DNA of 62,139 nt, the filler included. It is 4 parts of 4 records of this genome, joined end to end, with 100 filler letters (N's around TTAATTAATTAA, not from the genome) between each part and the next. Parts side by side here need not be neighbours in the genome. Positions count along the whole stretch, not along the records: positions 1 to 24,982 come from SRR31156797_13515; 3 more parts are not named here. One strand, given 5' to 3'. The notes beneath the pieces are model-generated. The model was given only the letters and a program-made list of their open reading frames with translations. It did no database searches and was not told the origin of the DNA. The stretch's first letter is position 1; each line of letters starts with the position of its first letter. Positions 8,863-16,959 of the stretch are shown here, one piece after another. A program made the position numbers and the translations under genes.

Positions 8863-11172
8863 TTAAATTATAGATTTTAATGGGATGGTAAATGAAAAAG
8901 CTGTCCCTTTATAAGGTGTAGTATCTATCTTGATAGAGCCCCCAAGTTTTTCAACCTCAGCTTTAACAGCTCCTAGACCAACACCACGACCAGATATCTC
9001 TGTAGCTTTCTCTTTTGTTGTAAAAGTATCACTAAAAATTATCATCAAGATACTATGATGATCCATCTTCTCTATCTCCTCTTGAGTATAGAGTCCTTTT
9101 TGTATCGCTTTTTCTTTTATAAGTTCTGGATCGATCCCTTTTCCATCATCTATAATATTAATAACAACATCTTGATCATTCTCTTCAATATCACAATTAA
9201 TAGTTGCTTTTTCATCTTTACCATGTTCTATTCTCATATCTATTGATTCAATCCCATGATCTAAAGAGTTTCTAAAGATATGGGTCAGGCTTTTAATAAA
9301 TGGATCTATCTCTTGGGTTACATACAGCTCTTCTGCACCAACTACCTCTATTGGATAGAGTTTTTTATCAAGTCTTTTTGCAAGTTTTTCTACACTTTTT
9401 GCATAAGACTTCATAAGAAGATTTAAAGAACGTTTTCTTATACTTGTAACATCTTCTAAAAGATCCTCATAGGTAATATTTCTTTTATCTTTTGGATAAC
9501 TCATGATCTCTTGAACATCTTGTTCAAGTTTATACACTAAAGATTCAGGGACACTAATCGTATCATCCTCTTCTAAAAGCTTTTGATCTAGAATACTATT
9601 GATAGTCTCAATATCTTTATCAAGCCATGTTCGAAGATCATTTTGTAAAACCATCTCTTTAAACTCATCAAAACTTCTATTAGAATCTTTTACTAATACA
9701 TTTAACTTTGCCTCATAACTATGAAGTTTTGGAACAATATACACTAGCTCTTTTTGTGCAAAGTTTCCTTTAAATGTATGAATTATTCTATAATACTCAA
9801 TGATCCCATTCATAAATGTTTTTTCATCTTGTATAAAATGCTCTTTTGTATCACAAAACGCATAGTACTCATTTACAAGCTCTTTAAACTCTTTAATATC
9901 CCCAACAACACTCACTATCATTTTTAAGATCTTTTGCTCTAGTTGGATCTTCTTTTCTAATCGTTTTTTCTCTGTAATATCTACTAAAATAAGCATCATA
10001 GTATCTTCAGAGATTAGTTTATATTCAACTTTTACATAGTTTCCACTGATCTTCATCTCTTTTGCCATAAGATGTAAAAGAACCTCTTTTCTTTTTTGTT
10101 TGATCTTTGGATCAAAAGCATCATTCATCACTTTTAAAAAAAGTGTTTTATCTTCACCATCTTCTTTAAAAAGCAGATCTGCAATATTTTTAGATGCTAT
10201 TTTTTCTTGGAATATATTTTCACACTCTTTTGAATACTGTTCATCTACTAAAAGGTTTTTTCCAAAAGATAAAAATCCCTCTTCAGCATTGTTTAAAAGC
10301 TCTGCTATTTGTTTTGATTTTTGTTCAAGTTCAATAGTTCTTTGAGTTATCTTTTCTTCAAGATTATAGTTTAGTTGATGGATCTCTTCATGAAGTTTTG
10401 CGGTAACTGCAATATTTTCATTAAGTTCTCGTCCCATATTTCCAAACTCATCATTGGTTGTGATCTCAATTCTCTTTACATTGTCTGTTTTATTTTGAAG
10501 ATAATTAAAAAAAGATGCCAGTCCAAGTTCCAATTGTTTTAAAGGTTTAATAACTGTTATATAAATAGTAAGTAATAACATCACTAACACTACTAATGTA
10601 ATTGAAAAGTTTACATACATCCTTTGTTGTGCTACTTTATTTATAAAGATATCTTGCTCTTGATTATTAAGTTCAATCTGTTCTAAAAGTTGTTTTTCTG
10701 ATTTTTTAAAATACTCTTCAATAGAACTATCATCATAATAAATATTTGCATACCCTAAAAGTTGCCCATCATTCCAAACTATATCTTTTTGTAAAAGCTT
10801 ATATTTTGGATCCATTTCTCCAATCACAGCTACAGATTTTTTTTCTATCTTTTCAATAATTGCAATTCTTTTAATATAATCATGTTTTAAAAACTGTGTA
10901 AGAGGATTTTCTAATGCTTTAAAATCATAATCATATAGATATTTAGAAGAGACTTCTACGATCATATTTGAAGTAAATGCAATATTTTGCTCTAAGTTGC
11001 GTAAAATTGCTTTTTTATTTTTATCAAACTGTTCTGTAATTTTTATAGCATTATTACTTTGACCATCTTTTACGATTTTATATTGTGTGGTATTAAATGC
11101 TTCTGTTACAAACCATACCATGATAGTGATAACGATCACTAAAGGGAGTGTTATCTTATACGCTACTTTCAT
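8863..11172 (-). CDS. membrane-anchored CheA-like histidine kinase (TM-HAMP-PAS-like-Hpt-HATPase) lacking a CheW domain (class III HK architecture)
   Basis: Hpt IHTFKG; CheA-type HIFRNSLDHGIE, DDGKGID, SGRGVGL; protein ends right after the HATPase. Confidence 0.85.
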   Translation of the reverse strand: MKVAYKITLPLVIVITIMVWFVTEAFNTTQYKIVKDGQSNNAIKITEQFDKNKKAILRNLEQNIAFTSNMIVEVSSKYLYDYDFKALENPLTQFLKHDYIKRIAIIEKIEKKSVAVIGEMDPKYKLLQKDIVWNDGQLLGYANIYYDDSSIEEYFKKSEKQLLEQIELNNQEQDIFINKVAQQRMYVNFSITLVVLVMLLLTIYITVIKPLKQLELGLASFFNYLQNKTDNVKRIEITTNDEFGNMGRELNENIAVTAKLHEEIHQLNYNLEEKITQRTIELEQKSKQIAELLNNAEEGFLSFGKNLLVDEQYSKECENIFQEKIASKNIADLLFKEDGEDKTLFLKVMNDAFDPKIKQKRKEVLLHLMAKEMKISGNYVKVEYKLISEDTMMLILVDITEKKRLEKKIQLEQKILKMIVSVVGDIKEFKELVNEYYAFCDTKEHFIQDEKTFMNGIIEYYRIIHTFKGNFAQKELVYIVPKLHSYEAKLNVLVKDSNRSFDEFKEMVLQNDLRTWLDKDIETINSILDQKLLEEDDTISVPESLVYKLEQDVQEIMSYPKDKRNITYEDLLEDVTSIRKRSLNLLMKSYAKSVEKLAKRLDKKLYPIEVVGAEELYVTQEIDPFIKSLTHIFRNSLDHGIESIDMRIEHGKDEKATINCDIEENDQDVVINIIDDGKGIDPELIKEKAIQKGLYTQEEIEKMDHHSILMIIFSDTFTTKEKATEISGRGVGLGAVKAEVEKLGGSIKIDTTPYKGTAFSFTIPLKSII

Positions 11173-11174
11173 AT

Positions 11175-11912
11175 CTATTTATACTTTGCCGTAATTTGAT
11201 CTACGATACCACTTTGTTTTAAACTATCAAACACTTTTTGAAACCTTTTTATAATAGTTTCATCCGTATCTTTATGAAAAGCATAATAAAATTCATTTTT
11301 CTTTAAAGTATAGACATTTTCATACATCTTTGGATCAAAATCTTTTATCTCCCAGCTTTTTGGCTGATACATATAAGAAAAAAGATCGATCCTTCCCCCA
11401 TCAAGTTTTCTAATAGATTTTTCTATAGAGTTGGTTCCAGAAATGGAATCAAATTCAGTAATTCCAATCTCTTTTAAAGCTAACTCCCCAACATCATCTT
11501 TTACACTACCCACTTTGTATTTTTTGATATCTTCAATAGAGTTTATTTTGATATTCTTATCTTTTCTAGCGATAAGAGCCACTTCAGAACTCCCAAGAGG
11601 TCCCACCCACTTAAAAAGTTTTTCCCTTTGTTTTGTTCTTGCCATTACAAAGAGCATAGTATTTTTTTGTTTTTGTATTATATTGTATGACCTTGCCCAA
11701 GGAAGCAGTTCCATATCTTTTTTAGTTTTTTTTGAACCAAGTTTTTTTAACATTAACTCTAATACATCTATCGATATCCCTTGAAGTTTACCATTTTTTT
11801 GCATATTATATGGAGGATACTCTTCAGTCATCATTTTTATATTATCTATATCATTTGAAAATAAACTTGTAGTAAATAAAAAAATAATAAAAAAAATTGT
11901 ATTTAGTTTCAT
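11175..11912 (-). CDS. periplasmic solute-binding protein (family 3)
   Basis: Signal peptide; TEEYPPYN, LPWARS, REKLFKWVGP, GRIDL; ATG 11912 with SD preferred. Confidence 0.85.
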   Translation of the reverse strand: MKLNTIFFIIFLFTTSLFSNDIDNIKMMTEEYPPYNMQKNGKLQGISIDVLELMLKKLGSKKTKKDMELLPWARSYNIIQKQKNTMLFVMARTKQREKLFKWVGPLGSSEVALIARKDKNIKINSIEDIKKYKVGSVKDDVGELALKEIGITEFDSISGTNSIEKSIRKLDGGRIDLFSYMYQPKSWEIKDFDPKMYENVYTLKKNEFYYAFHKDTDETIIKRFQKVFDSLKQSGIVDQITAKYK

Positions 11913-11988
11913 AATTATCCCTTTGATTTTGTTAATTGTAAGCAAACTTTGTTTAAAATTTGTATAATTAAATTAAAAAGAATATACA

Positions 11989-12498
11989 ATGTTAGAACTA
12001 ATCAATCAAAATAGTAAATGTAGCAATAAAGATAAATTACATCCATTTCTCTTAACTAATTGTGAGTTATTACAAAAAGAATATAATATAACAATTACTG
12101 ATATCAATTCATATCATATCAATGAGAGTACTAAGATTAATGATATAAACTTTGTGACAACTCTTACAGGCTCTATTCAAGCTAATCTTATTTTTAGCTT
12201 TTCTAGAGATTTAGCAAAAGGTGTTTTAGATAATTTCTCTTTTATAGAGTACGATGAGAATAACTTTGAGGAACTTTTATTAGAAGTTGTTTCAGAGTTT
12301 TTAAATATTGTGGTTGGTCGTGCAATGGCGCATATTGATTCCAATGAGATCTTGAATTTTTCCCCACCAATAGAGTTTACAGGAGAGAGTAAACTTTTTC
12401 ATCTCAATAGTTTTGATATATGTAAAGTGGATATCTCCACCCACCAAGGGATTTTATCAATTATTTTTTCAACCCAGACAAATAAAGAGGAGCAGTAA
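11989..12498 (+). CDS. cheX: CheX-like chemotaxis phosphatase
   Basis: TGSIQANLIFSF; E-x-x-N motif SEFLNIVVG; SPP motif. Confidence 0.75.
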   Translation: MLELINQNSKCSNKDKLHPFLLTNCELLQKEYNITITDINSYHINESTKINDINFVTTLTGSIQANLIFSFSRDLAKGVLDNFSFIEYDENNFEELLLEVVSEFLNIVVGRAMAHIDSNEILNFSPPIEFTGESKLFHLNSFDICKVDISTHQGILSIIFSTQTNKEEQ

Positions 12499-12502
12499 TA
12501 TT

Positions 12503-12865
12503 ATGGCAAAAGTTTTAGTAGTTGATGACTCAGGTATCATTAGAATGCAATTAAAAAAAATGCTAGAGGAGCTAAACCATGAAGTTGTAGGTTTGGCAGA
12601 AGATGGTCAAAAAGGGTATGATCTATATAAACAGAGTATGCCTGATGTTGTTACTATGGATATCAATATGCCAGTTATGAATGGTCTTACTGCTGTAGAA
12701 AAAATTATTGCGGAGTTTCCTGATGCTGTTATTATTATGATCTCATCTATTGATGATAGAAGTATTACCTATGATTGTATAGGGGCTGGAGCAATGGATT
12801 TTATCAATAAACCGATACAACTAGAGGAATTAAAAGAGAAACTTAATACAGTTTTAGAAGATTAG
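12503..12865 (+). CDS. single-domain CheY-like response regulator
   Basis: VLVVDDS, TMDINMPVMNG, ISS, FINKP; ATG 12503 with GAGGAG SD. Confidence 0.92.
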   Translation: MAKVLVVDDSGIIRMQLKKMLEELNHEVVGLAEDGQKGYDLYKQSMPDVVTMDINMPVMNGLTAVEKIIAEFPDAVIIMISSIDDRSITYDCIGAGAMDFINKPIQLEELKEKLNTVLED

Positions 12866-12882
12866 TCTTACACCATATAGAA

Positions 12883-12900
12883 TTGGTACAGTTCTTGCAT
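12883..12900 (+). promoter_or_regulatory. sigma54 (-24/-12) promoter
   Basis: TTGGTACAGTTCTTGCAT: GG 12885-86, 10 nt, GC 12897-98. Confidence 0.75.
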
Positions 12901-12910
12901 ACTCAATCTC

Positions 12911-13477
12911 ATGGAAGAAGAGTATGATTTAGACAATTATGAAAGGTTTTTAGGCGATCTTAATAATACCGATGGAGGACATTGGGAAAAGATACAAAAA
13001 CGAACGGCAACACTGTTTCAAGTTCTTATGGATGAAGACCTAAAAGAGCTTGTATTTGTTTTAAAACACTACCCACAATATATAGAGATAGTATGTGAAC
13101 ATTTTCGTTATCTTTATAACTATTCAGAAAAAACAGCTGATCTCTTTGCAGCTTCAGAACTTCTTTATCTCTCAACTGAATATCATCAAAAGCAATTTGT
13201 AAGAAATCTTGTAAGAAAATTGCCTAAAATTGATGAATATGACATCTCAAAACTCAAAAGCTTTTTAGAGATGTTATTAGAAAACCAAGAAACACTTCAC
13301 CCAATAATCCTTTCTTACTATAAAGTGCAGATTGAGCAAAATATAGAGGTAAACAATTATCATACTTTACAAATGAAGATCATTCAAAAGCATCTAGAAA
13401 AACTGAACTTTGAAGATGCTTTCGATTTTACAGCAAGTGATCGAGATGCTAATCTTGATATCCCATATATGAACTAA
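12911..13477 (+). CDS. hypothetical helical protein
   Basis: 188-aa ORF, first gene after the sigma54 promoter; no recognised domain. Confidence 0.75.
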   Translation: MEEEYDLDNYERFLGDLNNTDGGHWEKIQKRTATLFQVLMDEDLKELVFVLKHYPQYIEIVCEHFRYLYNYSEKTADLFAASELLYLSTEYHQKQFVRNLVRKLPKIDEYDISKLKSFLEMLLENQETLHPIILSYYKVQIEQNIEVNNYHTLQMKIIQKHLEKLNFEDAFDFTASDRDANLDIPYMN

Positions 13478-13486
13478 GGAATAATA

Positions 13487-13918
13487 ATGACATTTTCACA
13501 AAATCAATTCAACATCACTTTTTACGAAAAACCAGGATGTTCTGGAAATCAAAAACAAAAAACAGTATTAAGAAACCAAGGCTTATCTTTTCAAACAAAA
13601 AGTATCCTTGATACTCCATGGACAAAAGAGAGTTTAAGCGAGTTTTTTACAGATCTTGATAAAAAAGAGATCATTAATCCTTTTGCACCAAAGATAAAAA
13701 ACAATGAACTTAATATTGATACCATAAGTAAAGATGACCTCATTGAACTTATGTGTAGTGAACCTATTTTAATAAAAAGACCTCTTTTAGAGATTGGAGA
13801 AAATAAACTCTGTGGCTTTGATATAGATGCTATCAATGAGATTTTTGGAACAGAGATTTGTGAGAATATTACTATCTCAACATGTCAAAGTGTAGACCTA
13901 TGCAAAAGTGCCTCATAG
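13487..13918 (+). CDS. ArsC/Spx family protein, nitrogenase-associated type
   Basis: FYEKPGCSGNQKQK, INPFAPKIK, PILIKRPL, CGFD motifs. Confidence 0.85.
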   Translation: MTFSQNQFNITFYEKPGCSGNQKQKTVLRNQGLSFQTKSILDTPWTKESLSEFFTDLDKKEIINPFAPKIKNNELNIDTISKDDLIELMCSEPILIKRPLLEIGENKLCGFDIDAINEIFGTEICENITISTCQSVDLCKSAS

Positions 13919-14202
13919 AGATTTGTGAAGAGTTTGAAACAGTTTCAAACTTTTTAAAAGAGCAAACTCCACAAAAAGAGGAGATTATCAACTCTTTATT
14001 TTTTAAATTTATTGAATGTTTTAGTTCTTTAAAAGCTGATAAACTAAACTTTCCTAAAGAGTTTCAAAATGATGTAAAGTACTACTTAGAAAAGAATCCT
14101 CCTCTTGTGAGAAAATTTGAAGATGTTCAAATAAGATATCTGATGTTAAGTGATTTTTACGATTTTGCACGTCTGACTAAAAAATACTCTCCAAAAAAGT
14201 AA
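13900..14202 (+). CDS. hypothetical protein
   Basis: Overlaps the upstream gene end; C-terminal RYLMLSDFYDF; start 13900 or 13882. Confidence 0.65.
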   Translation: MQKCLIEICEEFETVSNFLKEQTPQKEEIINSLFFKFIECFSSLKADKLNFPKEFQNDVKYYLEKNPPLVRKFEDVQIRYLMLSDFYDFARLTKKYSPKK

Positions 14203-14283
14203 TTTTTTTATAAAATATTGTATATTTAATATATAAAATGTTAATATAATATTTACAGTTACTTAAGTAGTAGGAGAAATGGT

Positions 14284-16881
14284 ATGAATAACACTGGACA
14301 ACATGAACTTTTTAAACATATGCAAAATGTTACTGAGTTTAAAAATGAGCTTGATGATATAAGTAAAACTTGGGATCAACTTATCCTTTTAAGTCAATTA
14401 GGCTCAACTGGCATCGATATGAGCCAGACCAAAACGAACTTTAACAACCTCACAGATGAGCTTATCTCTCATCTTGCAGAAGCAACACTCAATAAAGTGG
14501 TCAATGAGATGTCTTCAAAAGCTGGTGTTGCCGTAGATATAGTGATAAGAAACCTTTTTGAAAGAACTGCAGATATTGGATTTTTAGCAACTGATGATGA
14601 TATTAGAAAATTCATTATCGATATTCAAGATATTTTAAAAAGAATCCATGAACACAAACATGATATTGATGATACAAAATTTCGTATTGCAAAAAAAGAA
14701 TATAATGAAGAGCTTTCACTTATAATAGAAAGATTTAAAGAGTATGTTGCCAAATATAGTGTCTATTATGATATTGTCCTTTTTGATACCAATGGAAAAG
14801 TATTAGCAAAACTTGATGAAAACGAAGCTATTACAAAAACAAATGATGAGATCATCTCAATTGCAAATACTACCACAGAAGATTATGTGGAGACTTTTAA
14901 GTACCATGATTTCCTACCTGATTATGAAAAATCTCTTGTATATACGTATAAAGTAAATAAAACAAATGATAGTGATGAGATCATAGGGTATCTCTCTTTA
15001 TGTTTTAAGTTTGAAGATGAGATGGAGGGGATCTTTTCAAGACTTGTAGAAAAATCAAATAAAGAGACTATTTTACTTTTAGATAAAGATGGAGTCTCAA
15101 TCGCTTCAAGTGATCCATACCATATACCAATTGGAGCAAAACTTGATATAGAGATAGAAAAACCATTTGCGATCACTGCATTTGCAGGACGAGATTATCT
15201 TATTAAAACTTGTAAAACAAATGGATATGAGGGATTTTTTGGACTAGGATGGCTTGGACATATTATGATCCCACTTGATAGTGCTTTTTATGAAAATACA
15301 AAATCTATCGATATTGAAGAAAAAATCCTTCAATCAATTATGAAAAATGAAACGATCTTTAAAAAAGAGATGTTAGAAGTTCCTAATAAAGCAACAACGA
15401 TCCAAGATGAACTTGATCGTGCTGTTTGGAATGGGAATGTTTCACAAAGCGATGATCCTTCCGCTATGGGTGGAGCTGATTTTGCACGATCTATCCTTAG
15501 AGAGGTAAGACAAACAGGAGAGAAAACAAAAGCTTCTTTTAATACCTCTATTGAAAAACTTAATCAAACAATTATCACATCTTTACTTGATAATGCAACC
15601 TTTTTAGCTTCTTTATCTATTGATATAATGGATAGAAACTTATATGAAAGAGCTAATGACTGTAGATGGTGGGCACTTACAAGTAGTTTTAAACAGATAC
15701 TTTCAGAAAATATGATGGTAAGTGATGAGGATAAAGGGAAAATCACAGATATTTTAAAATATATCAATGATCTCTATACAGTCTATACAAACCTATTTAT
15801 TTATGATAAAAATGGTGTGATCTTAGCAGTTTCAAATGACAATGAACAACATTTAATTGGACGACAGCTCACTAATAACTGGGTAAGTAAAACCCTCCAG
15901 CTTCAAAATAGTGCACAATACTCTGTATCTGCTTTTGAAGCTACTCCTATGTATGATAATCAACACAGTTATATCTATGGGGCAGTAATTAGTCATGTGG
16001 AGACTAAACTTCCCGTTGGAGGGATAGGAATTGTATTTGACAGTACTCCACAATTTGAAAGTATGCTTCAAGATGCACTCCCAAAAAATGATGAAACTAT
16101 GTTCTCTTTTTTTACTGAAAAAGATACAAAAAAGATTGTTAGTTGCTCAAATACAAACTTTGCTATTGGTGATATTTTAGATGTAGATGATGAGTTTTAT
16201 ACCCTTAGTAATGGAAAATCCCTTTCCAAAATTATCCTTTTTCAAGATAAATACTATATTGTGGGAGCTTGTTGCTCTTCTGGATATCGAGAGTATAAAA
16301 GTGATACAGACCAATACCACAATGATATTATCGCTTTTGTATTTATCCAAGCGGGGGAAGTGATGGAAGAGTTTATCCCTGCTGCTTCTAAAGAGAACCA
16401 TTACTACTCATATCAGATTTTAGCCAATGAACCAGTAGAAGAGATCGCAACTTTTTATATTGGTGAAAAATGGGTTGGAGTTCCACAATCTCAGATCATT
16501 GAAGCAGTAGGACTTGATAATTTAGAAACTCCAATTAGTACAGAGATTGAGAATCACTTTAAAGGAACGATTGCACACAAAGATTATATTGTAAGTGTAT
16601 TAGATATAAGTTCATTTATTAAAAATCATGCAAAAAGTGAAAAAAACGATATCATCATAGTAAAATATGAAGGTTCAGATGGAAAACATACCATTGGAAT
16701 AGTTGTAGATAAATTAGGTGAAATTATGAAAGTTCCCACACAATATATCAAACCTTTTGAAAACCACCTTATAAGTGGAGGGATGATAGGGGAAAGTATA
16801 GTCCAACCTCCAAAAGATGTAAAAGCAAGTCAACTATTAACATTATTAAATATTTCAAAACTTACACAAATGACAAAGTAA
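14284..16881 (+). CDS. soluble protein with two dCache-like repeats and a C-terminal CheW domain
   Basis: Internal repeat RNLFERTAD/RNLYERAND; C-terminal CheW pattern (ATFYIG, KGTI, VSVLDI, GIVVDKLGEI); no TM segment. Confidence 0.75.
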   Translation: MNNTGQHELFKHMQNVTEFKNELDDISKTWDQLILLSQLGSTGIDMSQTKTNFNNLTDELISHLAEATLNKVVNEMSSKAGVAVDIVIRNLFERTADIGFLATDDDIRKFIIDIQDILKRIHEHKHDIDDTKFRIAKKEYNEELSLIIERFKEYVAKYSVYYDIVLFDTNGKVLAKLDENEAITKTNDEIISIANTTTEDYVETFKYHDFLPDYEKSLVYTYKVNKTNDSDEIIGYLSLCFKFEDEMEGIFSRLVEKSNKETILLLDKDGVSIASSDPYHIPIGAKLDIEIEKPFAITAFAGRDYLIKTCKTNGYEGFFGLGWLGHIMIPLDSAFYENTKSIDIEEKILQSIMKNETIFKKEMLEVPNKATTIQDELDRAVWNGNVSQSDDPSAMGGADFARSILREVRQTGEKTKASFNTSIEKLNQTIITSLLDNATFLASLSIDIMDRNLYERANDCRWWALTSSFKQILSENMMVSDEDKGKITDILKYINDLYTVYTNLFIYDKNGVILAVSNDNEQHLIGRQLTNNWVSKTLQLQNSAQYSVSAFEATPMYDNQHSYIYGAVISHVETKLPVGGIGIVFDSTPQFESMLQDALPKNDETMFSFFTEKDTKKIVSCSNTNFAIGDILDVDDEFYTLSNGKSLSKIILFQDKYYIVGACCSSGYREYKSDTDQYHNDIIAFVFIQAGEVMEEFIPAASKENHYYSYQILANEPVEEIATFYIGEKWVGVPQSQIIEAVGLDNLETPISTEIENHFKGTIAHKDYIVSVLDISSFIKNHAKSEKNDIIIVKYEGSDGKHTIGIVVDKLGEIMKVPTQYIKPFENHLISGGMIGESIVQPPKDVKASQLLTLLNISKLTQMTK

Positions 16882-16959
16882 AATATTTTATTCCAAACTT
16901 TTTTGTGATATACTGTTGTAAAAAGTAAATTTTATGATAAATAAAGGCATTTTACCACA

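Noticed and set aside
12690-12880. NifA upstream activator sequence for the 12883 promoter
   Set aside because: No TGT-N10-ACA match found by eye here; only imperfect matches near the other sigma54-like sites.
13487-13918. ArsC-like gene plus ArsP-like permeases as an arsenic-resistance operon
   Set aside because: No arsR, acr3 or arsB; the motif fits the nitrogenase-associated ArsC/Spx subfamily; the permeases are 7 kb away.
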